64,000 bases of DNA from the NCBI GenBank assembly GCA_039208735.1, contig JBCCQY010000003.1, positions 79,490 to 143,489 on the forward strand, in the 5' to 3' direction. The position numbers were made by a program, and so were the translations under genes. The DNA comes from Myxococcota bacterium. GTDB taxonomy: Bacteria > Myxococcota_A > UBA796 > GCA-2862545. Below are positions 10,719-19,936 of this stretch, piece by piece. The stretch's first letter is position 1. Each line of letters starts with the position of its first letter. The notes beneath the pieces are model-generated. The model saw only the letters and a list, made by a program, of their open reading frames with translations. It was not told where the DNA came from and ran no database searches.

Positions 10719-10973
10719 TCAGGTGCCGAACGCGACTTGCAGGACGAGCTGGAAGATCTCTTGGGCTTCTTGCAGCCGCCCAAGGTCGACCAGGGTCCGC
10801 GCGTAGGCCAAGGCCTCGAGGGCGGACAAGTCGCCTTCGATGAGGTTGACCACAAGGTCTCGGGAAGGAGCCACCGAGCGGATCAGGTTCAAGCAGGCCT
10901 CTTCGTCGACCTGCATCACATCCCACAACGTCTGAAACCAGAGATTGACGTCCATATGGTCTATGTAGTCCAA
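10719..10973 (-). CDS. Small helical (TPR-like) hypothetical protein
   Basis: Fills the intergenic gap; ALAYARTLVDLGRLQEAQEIF resembles a TPR helix pair. Confidence 0.45.
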   Translation of the reverse strand: MDYIDHMDVNLWFQTLWDVMQVDEEACLNLIRSVAPSRDLVVNLIEGDLSALEALAYARTLVDLGRLQEAQEIFQLVLQVAFGT

Positions 10974-11059
10974 TTCTGACCCGCCGGCCGAAATTGTTTG
11001 TCACCCGCTCGATTGGTGTGTGGCGCGCTACGAGGAACGGACGTGAAGGAGAGCGCATC

Positions 11060-11653
11060 GTGGGTGGATCCGTTTGTGAACAACGCGCCCGTTCGCTGGT
11101 GACGGCTTTGCATCGAGAGCTCCGGGATCTCGGCTTTCGCAAGCGGGGGTCCTGGCTGCGCGCCGTGCATCCGGCGGAGCCGCTCGGAGTGGCGCAGGTT
11201 CTGGGGGTTCAGCTCACGCAAGGCAGCCAGAAGAAGGATTGCCGCGGCTACATCAACGTTGGGGCGGGTTTGCTGGGGCTTCCGGAGCATTCGTTGGATT
11301 CGGAACGGCTTCGACCACAGGACTGTCTTCTCGCCGAACGCATCGGTGAGCACTGGGATCTCGATGATGATCTCGATGATCTCGCGGCAGAGGTGGGCGA
11401 GCAGGCTCAAGCCTGGTTCGAGGCACGCATCGAGGCAGACGCGTTGCTCGCTCCCTTCGCCGATCGCGACCCATCCACCGTTCGAGCGTGGTTGGGGCAG
11501 GTCGAACCCGTGGTTGCGGCCTGGGTCTCGAGAGGACAAACCGATGCGGCGCGGGAGCTGTTGCTCGCGAAACGGGCGGTCCTCGAGCAACGCTCGGGTG
11601 ACGCCGTTGAACGGCTCGATGCCTTTGGAAAAGCCCTCGGCCTATTGGCGTAA
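11060..11653 (+). CDS. Hypothetical protein (DUF4304-like)
   Basis: LRDLGFRKRGSW...Q.SQ...YINVG pattern; AAGGAG RBS. Confidence 0.6.
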   Translation: MGGSVCEQRARSLVTALHRELRDLGFRKRGSWLRAVHPAEPLGVAQVLGVQLTQGSQKKDCRGYINVGAGLLGLPEHSLDSERLRPQDCLLAERIGEHWDLDDDLDDLAAEVGEQAQAWFEARIEADALLAPFADRDPSTVRAWLGQVEPVVAAWVSRGQTDAARELLLAKRAVLEQRSGDAVERLDAFGKALGLLA

Positions 11654-11665
11654 AGGAGCACGGGC

Positions 11666-12910
11666 ATGCTGGTTTGGTGGGTTGCCTTTGCGTGCACCCC
11701 GTCCGACGACGGTCCCCGACGGGTCGACGTTGCCGCGTTTTGTGAGAAGGAGCCTCTGGCCGGTGTTTGCGGGGGAGTCGGCGTCCCGGGGCTTGCCGTG
11801 GGCAGCGACCGCCAAGGTGAGCACATCGTAGCCCACAGCCGCGCCACGCTGGTCGAAAAACGTCGGGTGTACGAGGAACGCGTCGCGGCCTGGGGGGGCC
11901 TCGAACGCGCCCCGGACCTGGTGGAGGACCCGACGCCCGATGGCTTGGCCGACACCGAGGGGACGTTGTCGCTCCACACCTGTGGCGATCCCCCAGCCGA
12001 CACGGTCCCCGACGGTCTTGGAGGCTGCAAGATGGTGTTTGGGACCGACTCGCGGCGCATCGTCGACAAGGATCAGACCTACCCGAACAACAAGTTCGTG
12101 ACGTTCACCATGGGGTTTGGGCCAGGCGATGATGCTCCACTCAACGTGTGTTCGGGCACCTTCATCGATTCCGATCATGTGCTGACCGCTGCCCACTGCA
12201 CCTACGACACGCGGGATGACACCTGGCAGTGGGCGAGTCGTGGCGACATCAATCCCGGCGACGTGCGGACCACACTCGGGGTGGATGAGGGAATGGGCTA
12301 CGTCTGCCGGGCCGGCTGGATTGACGATGCGGCGACGTTCCAGGACCGATGCGAGTTTGTGGACGTGCGGTGGGTGCCTGACGAATACATCGCGGCGAGT
12401 GACGATCGGACGTTACGGGCGGTGAAGCAGGACTACGCCATTCTTAGAGTCCGTCGGGACCACCACCCGCGAGGCCTTGGAGCGGGCGCGTGGATGGCCA
12501 TTTCGGCCATTCGAGCCGGCAATCGCTACCAGAAGCGCGAGGCGGTAGTGCATGCCTACCCGGGGGTGCATCCGCCGGGCCGATCTTGGAACTGGGACGC
12601 CCGGTCTTTCACCAATCAGGGTGAGATGTGGGAGGTCTGGGGAGCCCGTCAGTATCGGGCTACGGGGCCGATTGCTCGAGCCACCACCCGCAACGTCCTT
12701 CGCAGCAAGTATGATTGTAGTGCCGGGATGTCGGGAGCCGCGGTGTTCTACTACATCAATGACGCAACGGAGTACGCTGGGCAGGCCCATTACATCCTTG
12801 GTGTGCACGCCGCGGATGAGGTCGATAATGACGGGTCAACCGGTGATGACCACTGCGTTGGACCCACCGCCCGGCAATTTCGCGATTGGGCCATCGGCAT
12901 CCTGCCATGA
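11666..12910 (+). CDS. Trypsin-like (V8/glutamyl endopeptidase-type) serine protease, probable lipoprotein
   Basis: CSGTFIDSDHVLTAAHC (His), DYAIL (Asp), DCSAGMSGAAV (Ser); AAGGAG RBS; VAFAC lipobox-like. Confidence 0.9.
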   Translation: MLVWWVAFACTPSDDGPRRVDVAAFCEKEPLAGVCGGVGVPGLAVGSDRQGEHIVAHSRATLVEKRRVYEERVAAWGGLERAPDLVEDPTPDGLADTEGTLSLHTCGDPPADTVPDGLGGCKMVFGTDSRRIVDKDQTYPNNKFVTFTMGFGPGDDAPLNVCSGTFIDSDHVLTAAHCTYDTRDDTWQWASRGDINPGDVRTTLGVDEGMGYVCRAGWIDDAATFQDRCEFVDVRWVPDEYIAASDDRTLRAVKQDYAILRVRRDHHPRGLGAGAWMAISAIRAGNRYQKREAVVHAYPGVHPPGRSWNWDARSFTNQGEMWEVWGARQYRATGPIARATTRNVLRSKYDCSAGMSGAAVFYYINDATEYAGQAHYILGVHAADEVDNDGSTGDDHCVGPTARQFRDWAIGILP

Positions 12911-13539
12911 GGAACTCGACCATGCTGCGCCTGCTGCCTCTTGTCGTTGTCGCTGTGGGTTGTGACGGTTCGCAGATCGATCTCACGCCACTGGTGTTTG
13001 GCGACCTTTGCGAAGACGCGACGTTTGCCCCTGTGACGTCGGATGCGCTGGAGCCCGAGACGCGGGCCCAACTTGACGAGCTGCTCGCCGCGCAGGGCGA
13101 GGTGGCCGATGACGTGCTGTGGAGCGACGATCTGGCCGACACCATCGCGTTTGCGCTGGCCGTCGAAGAAGGCACGCTAGTGCAGCGCACGGGACCGAAC
13201 GATTTCTGCCCTGAAGCGGTGTTTACCACTGTGAACTACACGGTCACGACCGAGTCGGGCCGGCTCGACCTTGCCGCGTCGGGCTCTGTCGATCTCGAGA
13301 ATGCGTTTCGAAACGGGGAGCTGCAGCTCAACCACGCATTGGCCTTTGAGGAGTCGGCCCCGATTCGCACCGACCTGGCGCTTGATGAGTGGCAAGATGT
13401 CTGGATGAACCTCGGGTCCCGCGACAAGCAGCTCACCAATGTTGAGGTTGCCTACAGCACGTCGCAGACATCCACACTGTGCCGACGGGCGGCCGTGTTG
13501 GCGAGCAAGTCGGCCTCGCTCGACGCCAACTGCGACTAA
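12907..13539 (+). CDS. Hypothetical lipoprotein
   Basis: ATGA overlap with the protease gene; lipobox VAVGC. Confidence 0.75.
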   Translation: MRNSTMLRLLPLVVVAVGCDGSQIDLTPLVFGDLCEDATFAPVTSDALEPETRAQLDELLAAQGEVADDVLWSDDLADTIAFALAVEEGTLVQRTGPNDFCPEAVFTTVNYTVTTESGRLDLAASGSVDLENAFRNGELQLNHALAFEESAPIRTDLALDEWQDVWMNLGSRDKQLTNVEVAYSTSQTSTLCRRAAVLASKSASLDANCD

Positions 13540-13847
13540 AGCAGCGCGAAGAATCCAAGCCCTAGCGTCACTACGAGCGTGGCCGCTCCGAGCCCCATGG
13601 CCAACAGCGCCCGCATGAAACGAGGGGTCGGCGGCTCGTGTTCGGCCCGCAGGGCATCGGCTGCGGTTTGGAACCAGCGGATGGTCAAACAGGCGCCCAC
13701 ACCGGTTTCGGCGAGGGCCACGGCCGCGAGGGCACCGAATGGGCTGCTGACCAACGAGAAGGGATAGGCCACAGCTCCGAATGCGAGCGTGGCCGTCGCG
13801 AGCGGCTGCAAGGCTTGCCAGGGGTCGTCGATCTGTGGCGCAACCAT
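13536..13847 (-). CDS. Small membrane protein
   Basis: 103 aa, about 3 hydrophobic helices; GAGGGG upstream. Confidence 0.55.
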   Translation of the reverse strand: MVAPQIDDPWQALQPLATATLAFGAVAYPFSLVSSPFGALAAVALAETGVGACLTIRWFQTAADALRAEHEPPTPRFMRALLAMGLGAATLVVTLGLGFFALL

Positions 13848-13954
13848 CGGTTCCCCTCGGTTGAGGATGAGGCTACGTCGCGAGTCGTCGCGCTATTGCG
13901 GCTTGGGTGCGCCTGCCCGGGCGACAAGCCGCACTCGGGCGACTAGGGGGCCGT

Positions 13955-15823
13955 ATGACGACGAACGCACTGCCCTTTGGACACTGGCCCTCTCCCATCA
14001 CCGCGGATGACCTCTCGGGCGACCTGCGCCTATCTGGCGTGACGTGGGCGGATGACGAGACGGTGGTTTGGAGAGAGGGGCGCTCCGGCAAAGGGGTCCT
14101 CGTCGCGGGCAGTCGGGCTCGGGGGCCGCGGGACCTGACACGCGCCCATGATGTGCAAGCGCAGGTCGGCTATGGAGGCGCTGATTTCACCGTTCACAAC
14201 GGCGATGTGTACTTTTCGGAGCGCGGCGTAGGCCGACTTTGGCGCATGCCCCTCGACGTCGGCGCACCCAGGCCGGTGACTCCCGCCGGGGGACACATTG
14301 CCGATCCCCAGGTGGCCCATGGTTGGGTGCTCTACGTGCATTCGGATTCGGAGGGCATCGATCGCATTGCGGTGGTGGATGCCGAAGGAAAACGTTGGCC
14401 CCAGATCCTCGCTGAGGGTCACGACTTCTATATGCAACCTCGGTTCTCGCCGGATGGGCGGCAGGTTGCGTTCATTGCCTGGGATCACCCTAGGATGCCC
14501 TGGGATGGCACCACGCTCTACCACGGCCGATTCGAGGACGGACGCCTGCGCGAGGTCACGGCGGTGGCCGGAGGCCCGAAGACCGCCGTGTTCCAACCGG
14601 AGCTGCTGGCCGATGGCACGCTCCTGTACGTCAGCGACGAGACCGGCTGGGGTCAGCTGTGGCGGCATGACCTCACGACCGGTCAGCGAACCCGGCTTAG
14701 CGAAGATGGGGTTGAATACGGGCGACCCGCCTGGGTGCAGGGGCTACGCAGCTACTGTCGCCTTGCTGGCGACCGGGCGGTCGTCTGCATCCGAAACGAA
14801 CGGGGCATCGAGCGGCTCGAACGCATCGACCTCGATTCGGGCCAGCGCACCCTCCTCCAATGCGATTCCACGTCGTTCGACCACATTGCAGCGGCCCCCG
14901 AAGGCGAACGGATTGCCTGGGTGGGCGCCGCGGATCGAACTCCGCCGCGCGTGTGGGTGATGGATCTGGCATCCGGCGAGGTGGAGGTACGGGCGCACGC
15001 GTCGATGGAGCGTGTCGCACCCTCGCGCCTGGCCACCTGCGAACCCATCGCGTGGCCCACGGCGTCCGGCGAAGAGGCCTACGGCATGTTCTACCGGCCC
15101 GCCGGCGGTGTGGGCCCGGATGGGGAACGCCCTCCGCTCATCGTCTTCGTTCACGGGGGGCCGACCACCCAAGTTCGCGCCAGCTGGGATGCGCGCACGC
15201 AGTACTTTGCCACCCGCGGCTACGCGGTGCTGTGGGTGAACTACCGGGGGAGTACGGGGTTTGGGCGCGCCTACCAAACGCGTCTGCGCGAATCGTGGGG
15301 CGTCCTCGACGTTGAAGACTGCGCATCGGCGGTCGCCTTCCTCGCAGGTCGTGGCGACATCGATGGTGACCGTTGCGTGATCGCGGGTGGCTCAGCCGGG
15401 GGATACACGGTTTGGCAGTCGCTGATTCATGCACCTGACGTATTCGCAGCGGGAATCGCCTATTATGGTGTGGCTGACCTCTTCTCGCTTGCCCGAGACA
15501 CTCACAAGTTCGAGTCGAGATACCTCGACTCTCTCGTGGGCACCCTCCCCGAACATACCGCTCGTTACCGAGAACGGTCGCCGGTCTACCATGCCGACAA
15601 AATTACGAAGCCGGTCGCGGTCTATCAAGGGTCTGGGGACCGCGTCGTGCCGCAGAATCAGTCCGATGCGATCGTGAAATCCCTTGTAAAGAACAGGGTT
15701 TCTCACGTCTACCACATCTACGAGGGCGAAGGGCACGGATTCCGGAAAGCCGAGACGTTGCAGCACTGGTTCGCCAGCATGGAAGAGTTCCTGAAGACCT
15801 ACGTGCTGATTCACGGAGCGTGA
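13955..15823 (+). CDS. S9-family peptidase (dipeptidyl aminopeptidase/acylaminoacyl peptidase)
   Basis: HGGPT, NYRGSTGFGR, GGSAGG, QGSGDRVVP, EGEGHGF motifs. Confidence 0.95.
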   Translation: MTTNALPFGHWPSPITADDLSGDLRLSGVTWADDETVVWREGRSGKGVLVAGSRARGPRDLTRAHDVQAQVGYGGADFTVHNGDVYFSERGVGRLWRMPLDVGAPRPVTPAGGHIADPQVAHGWVLYVHSDSEGIDRIAVVDAEGKRWPQILAEGHDFYMQPRFSPDGRQVAFIAWDHPRMPWDGTTLYHGRFEDGRLREVTAVAGGPKTAVFQPELLADGTLLYVSDETGWGQLWRHDLTTGQRTRLSEDGVEYGRPAWVQGLRSYCRLAGDRAVVCIRNERGIERLERIDLDSGQRTLLQCDSTSFDHIAAAPEGERIAWVGAADRTPPRVWVMDLASGEVEVRAHASMERVAPSRLATCEPIAWPTASGEEAYGMFYRPAGGVGPDGERPPLIVFVHGGPTTQVRASWDARTQYFATRGYAVLWVNYRGSTGFGRAYQTRLRESWGVLDVEDCASAVAFLAGRGDIDGDRCVIAGGSAGGYTVWQSLIHAPDVFAAGIAYYGVADLFSLARDTHKFESRYLDSLVGTLPEHTARYRERSPVYHADKITKPVAVYQGSGDRVVPQNQSDAIVKSLVKNRVSHVYHIYEGEGHGFRKAETLQHWFASMEEFLKTYVLIHGA

Positions 15824-15857
15824 ACAGCCGCGGTTCTCTGGGCCATCGACCGGCGTT

Positions 15858-16715
15858 ATGCGCGATTGGTTCGGAGAGAGGTGTTCCTTGGTGACGCACC
15901 ACCGGCCCTATCGCGTAAAGTACTGCCGAATCCTGCGGGATTCGCTCGCCGAGCGCGAAATGACGGCGAAGCAGCTCTCGGATGCTGTCGGGCGCTCCAA
16001 ATCGTGGACGAGTCAGATCCTCAACGGCAAACGGTCCCTTCGTCCCGATGGCGCAGAGCGGCTGGCGAGGGCGTTGCGACTTCCAGAGCCCAGACGCCGT
16101 GAGCTGATCACCTTGGTCCAAATGGATCGGGAGGTCCCAGGCACTTCACGACAGCGGCCCATGGGGGCCTCTGAACTCGTCGAATCGCCAGAGCGGGCCC
16201 GCCGGGGGCTGGCCGAGTGGTACGTGGGAGCAATCGTCGAACTGTCAGGTTGTGAGGGCTATAAACCTGATCCAGGGTGGATCGCGGCGACGCTCCGACC
16301 CCGTATTACGCCTGCGCAGGCGAAAGATGCCATGGACCGGCTCGTACGGATCGGCCTGCTCGACACGGCCTACCGGCGCATCGCATCGAAGGGTGACTTT
16401 GGGTTTTCGACCGCGCCCGATGCCGAGATGTCGCCGGCCGCCAAGGTGTTTCACCGGGGCCTCAATGACTTGGCGACCGAGGCCCTGGAGCGCAACCAGT
16501 CCAATGAACAGTTCTTTCGAGGCGGATGCGTCGCACTGTCCGATGACAACCTGAAGGAGTTCCGCACCCGGGTCGCCGCCATCGCGAGCGAATACCTCGA
16601 TGCGCCCATGCCCGAAAGCGGAACGCCAAACCGGATCTACTTGTTCAACGTCGGCTACTTCCCGGCCAGCCTCTACACCGACACCGAGTACGACCCCGAA
16701 GATCTCCCCGAGTAG
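15858..16715 (+). CDS. TIGR02147/DUF4423-like HTH protein
   Basis: XRE HTH (SQILNGKRSL), WYVGAIVEL..PGWIAATLRPRIT, C-terminal RIYLFNVGYFP. Confidence 0.82.
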   Translation: MRDWFGERCSLVTHHRPYRVKYCRILRDSLAEREMTAKQLSDAVGRSKSWTSQILNGKRSLRPDGAERLARALRLPEPRRRELITLVQMDREVPGTSRQRPMGASELVESPERARRGLAEWYVGAIVELSGCEGYKPDPGWIAATLRPRITPAQAKDAMDRLVRIGLLDTAYRRIASKGDFGFSTAPDAEMSPAAKVFHRGLNDLATEALERNQSNEQFFRGGCVALSDDNLKEFRTRVAAIASEYLDAPMPESGTPNRIYLFNVGYFPASLYTDTEYDPEDLPE

Positions 16716-16718
16716 CGA

Positions 16719-17321
16719 CTACTCGGGCACCAGGCGCCCCTCATCGTCTCGTTGCCAACCCGCAATGGGTGCGTCGTCGGGGCCGCGAAGCGCGTAGCGG
16801 AAGTCCGCGCCCTCGAGCAACGCCTCGTCGAGCCGGGCACCGGTCAAGTCGGCCGCCATAAAGCTCGCATCGCGCAGATCGGCCCCAAACAACCAGGCTT
16901 CCGAGAGGTTGGCTCCCCTGAATCGACCCTTTCGAAGCGACACATCCTTGAGATTGGCTTTGGGCAGCCAGGCCCGCGAGGCCTTTACCGTGCCCCCCGC
17001 CCGCGAGATGCGTCGCACGAGTCCTGCGGTACGCAGCGCGGCTTCATCGGTGTGCCAGTCCCGGTAGTCCTCGAGCTGTTCTTGGTAGCCGCGGAGTCGT
17101 TCGCGACGTTGCCGCACTTCGTCGATCCAGAGGATGACCACTCCGAATAGTGCCACATCGAACGCCAGACCGTTGGCCTCGACCACCACGTCCCGGAGCC
17201 ACGGCACGCCCTCGACGCCCCAACCCAAGTGCAACACGAGGTAGTCCAGCCATCCCACCACGATCATGACGATAGTGGCGGCGATCGCGCCCACCTGAAC
17301 CCGTCCCAACCAGAAGCTCAC
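16719..17321 (-). CDS. Membrane-anchored pentapeptide-repeat protein
   Basis: Two TM helices, then A(N/D)L/F-xx repeats (ANLSE AWLFG ADLRD ASFMA ADLTG). Confidence 0.85.
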   Translation of the reverse strand: MSFWLGRVQVGAIAATIVMIVVGWLDYLVLHLGWGVEGVPWLRDVVVEANGLAFDVALFGVVILWIDEVRQRRERLRGYQEQLEDYRDWHTDEAALRTAGLVRRISRAGGTVKASRAWLPKANLKDVSLRKGRFRGANLSEAWLFGADLRDASFMAADLTGARLDEALLEGADFRYALRGPDDAPIAGWQRDDEGRLVPE

Positions 17322-17428
17322 GCCCTACTCCTCTACGCGCCGAGCCTATGTTGGACCAAAACGTCCTGGGGCGTTGTCGGGAACCGCAAGGTCAAGGGGT
17401 TGTCAGTGCAGGAGATCTTGGAGGTCCC

Positions 17429-17686
17429 ATGATGCTCGTCTCCTCTTTGCTTGCCCTCGCCCTCGTTTCCCCTGCCGTGGCGGGTGATGAACCCAAGACC
17501 CAGGTTCCCACCTACAAAAAGCGCACGATCATCGACTTCGACAAGGAACTCGAGATCGGCGCCGAGTTGACGAAGCCGACGGGAGAGTCGGTGACCATCT
17601 ACGAGCCGCCGAAGGGACCGACGTTGGTGGCGCTGCGTAAGGACTTCAACCGCGAAATGAAGCAGAGCACCGCGCTGGTCAAGTGA
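17429..17686 (+). CDS. CglF/GltF-like gliding motility protein
   Basis: Signal peptide followed by YKKRTIIDF..LEIGAELTKP.G...LVALRKDFNREMKQS, matching the recalled CglF consensus; GGAGG RBS. Confidence 0.72.
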   Translation: MMLVSSLLALALVSPAVAGDEPKTQVPTYKKRTIIDFDKELEIGAELTKPTGESVTIYEPPKGPTLVALRKDFNREMKQSTALVK

Positions 17687-18620
17687 GGGTGTGCTGACGT
17701 CGCCATTGGCCAGGCGGCACGCCTGTCACGGCCGAAAACGATCGGCTGAACGAGACCGATGAGGCGTAGCCCACCTCCGTGGCCACCGCGTCGAGCGGCA
17801 GTCGACCATCGCGCAGCAGTTCCTGAGCGCGGTGCACACGCCACCGACGCACGTAGTCGAACGGGGTGAGCCCCACCCGTCGCCGAAACGTCCGGGCAAA
17901 TTGGGTTCGTGACATGCCCGCAATTCGAGCCAGCCCTTCGAGGGTCCAGGCGTCGGCGGGGCGCTCTCCAATCGCGGTCATCGCCTTGGCAACTCCGGGA
18001 TGCGAGAGGCCGTCGAGTAGCCCAGGTTCTGGCAGTCCTTCACGGGCCGCTCTTCGAACGAGGTGGATCCAAAGCAGTTCGGTCAGCCGTGACGCGACCA
18101 CCGGTGACCCCGCAGCGCCCGAGTCTCGCTCAACCTCGAGCAGGTGGAGGAGTGCTTGGAGCCCTTCGTCCTGCTCCTCTTTGCGCAGCACGAAGAGACT
18201 TGGGAACAAGTCGAATAGCGGGTGGGGGTCGGGGGCGGACCACATGATGTTGGAGGTGAAGATTCGCGCCTTCAGGGGCCCTTCGCCACACCGAACGCGC
18301 TTGGAAACGCCGGGTCCAAGGTCCAGTTGGGCCTCGGCGAGCGGCACCGCATGGGCGTGCTCCGAGGTGCGGCCTCGGTGACCATTGGCTCGCAAAACCC
18401 ACGCCACGTCCCCCGGATGGATGACTTGAAGCTCGATGGTGGGGCCATCGAGCCACACCGTGCCTTCCTGCAGTTGGTGGAGGCAGGTTGCGGTGGCCCC
18501 ATCCGGGAAGACCAGCCCCGACGAGCCATAGAGCGTGGATTCGGTCAGGTGGACGGTGCCGATCGCCAGTGCGTCGAGGACCTGGTTCAGCACTTGGGAA
18601 GCGGTGGGATCGATCGCCAT
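17679..18620 (-). CDS. AraC-family regulator with cupin domain
   Basis: WTLEGLARIAGMSRTQFARTF..VGY.SSVSFSRSF double HTH. Confidence 0.93.
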   Translation of the reverse strand: MAIDPTASQVLNQVLDALAIGTVHLTESTLYGSSGLVFPDGATATCLHQLQEGTVWLDGPTIELQVIHPGDVAWVLRANGHRGRTSEHAHAVPLAEAQLDLGPGVSKRVRCGEGPLKARIFTSNIMWSAPDPHPLFDLFPSLFVLRKEEQDEGLQALLHLLEVERDSGAAGSPVVASRLTELLWIHLVRRAAREGLPEPGLLDGLSHPGVAKAMTAIGERPADAWTLEGLARIAGMSRTQFARTFRRRVGLTPFDYVRRWRVHRAQELLRDGRLPLDAVATEVGYASSVSFSRSFSAVTGVPPGQWRRQHTLT

Positions 18621-18705
18621 GCGTACGCCGTATCAAGAATTCGGCACGCCAAGACATGGAGCGTACGGCAGTCGGAGCCTACGAACCCTTCACGAAGGAG
18701 GTCTC

Positions 18706-19299
18706 ATGCTCACTTGGCTCTTCACCACGGCCTTTGCGGCGGCGCCCTTGCCCGGACCCGACACGCCGCTCCCCGAGATCGATCCCGACAACAAACTGCG
18801 CATCGCGCATCATGAAGTGATCATCGAGGTTCCCGTCGACGAACTTTATGCTTGGTGGCGTCAGGCCACCCTCGCCGAGTTGGCCGTCGAAACCGAGGTG
18901 ATTCCGAAGGTGGAACGCACGGAGTTCCTTCGGGGAGACGTCTGGCAGGGCCAGGGAACGCGACGGCGGGTGTTCCTTGAAGACGGCTCGGTCGCCACCG
19001 AGGAAATCCTTGCCGACGAGGGGCCGGCACGGTTCCGCTATCAAGTGTTTGGCTACACCAGCTCGGCGGCGCGATTCGTTGAGTATGGCGTAGGTGAGTT
19101 CAACCTGACACCCGAGGGGGCAGAGGCCACGCGGGTGCAATGGACGTATAAGTTTCGGCCTCAGACGATGGTAGGCAAGCTGTTCCTGGGCGGATGGGTA
19201 CGTCGGAACTGGAGTCCTTGGATGGAGGGTTACCTCGACAACATGAAAACGGGTGCGGAGGCGGCGATCCGTGCGTCGCAGGGCCAGGCGTCACGGTAG
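18706..19299 (+). CDS. SRPBCC (polyketide cyclase/START-fold) protein with signal peptide
   Basis: GTRRRVFLEDGS..EEIL..FRYQV..TRVQWTYKF; AAGGAGG RBS; divergent from the AraC gene. Confidence 0.85.
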   Translation: MLTWLFTTAFAAAPLPGPDTPLPEIDPDNKLRIAHHEVIIEVPVDELYAWWRQATLAELAVETEVIPKVERTEFLRGDVWQGQGTRRRVFLEDGSVATEEILADEGPARFRYQVFGYTSSAARFVEYGVGEFNLTPEGAEATRVQWTYKFRPQTMVGKLFLGGWVRRNWSPWMEGYLDNMKTGAEAAIRASQGQASR

Positions 19300-19328
19300 C
19301 GTCAAACACGCGTGCTAGGCTTCGCCGC

Positions 19329-19781
19329 ATGATGAACACAACCTTGTTTGCCTTGTTGTTTGCTGGCTGCGGCGCCCAGAACGCCTCGAGCCCCACTCCC
19401 ACCCCTACGCCGGCTCCCGAAGCTCCCGAGGCCGCGGCCAAAGCTACGCCCGCCGAGCCTGCGATGTTGGTTTCGGGCACGATCACGGCACCGGAGGACG
19501 CGCCCGAAGCCAAGGCCGTTTACGTGTCGTTGCGCAAGGCGGGCGTTCCCGGACCCCCACTGGCGGCGAAGCGGCTGCCCGCGGGACCTTTCCCGCTCAC
19601 GTTTGTCATCACTGAAAGCGACCGCCCCATGGTCAACGGGCCCGTGCCGGACGAAGTCGAACTCAAGGTGACGCTCGACGTGGACGGGGACCCGATGTCC
19701 AAGAGCGAGACCGACCTCGTCTCCATCACGACGGTAGAGCGTGGCGCAAAGGATCTACAGGTCGCCCTCGCACCTCAATAG
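19329..19781 (+). CDS. Lipoprotein with CcmH/CycH C-terminal-like Ig domain
   Basis: Lipobox LFAGC, Pro/Ala linker, GPPLAAKRLPAGPFPLTF..D..M motif. Confidence 0.7.
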   Translation: MMNTTLFALLFAGCGAQNASSPTPTPTPAPEAPEAAAKATPAEPAMLVSGTITAPEDAPEAKAVYVSLRKAGVPGPPLAAKRLPAGPFPLTFVITESDRPMVNGPVPDEVELKVTLDVDGDPMSKSETDLVSITTVERGAKDLQVALAPQ

Positions 19782-19936
19782 GCGGTCCCTCGACCCCAAC
19801 GCGGCCCGGCCCGTGCCACCTTGCTCCACTCGTTCGGAGAACGCGCAGCCGCATGTAAGCCAGGAGCGAACGAAGATTCGCACCTGCAGCCATGTGTATA
19901 CTTGCAATGGCGAGTCCAGATCTGCATTGTGGATAG

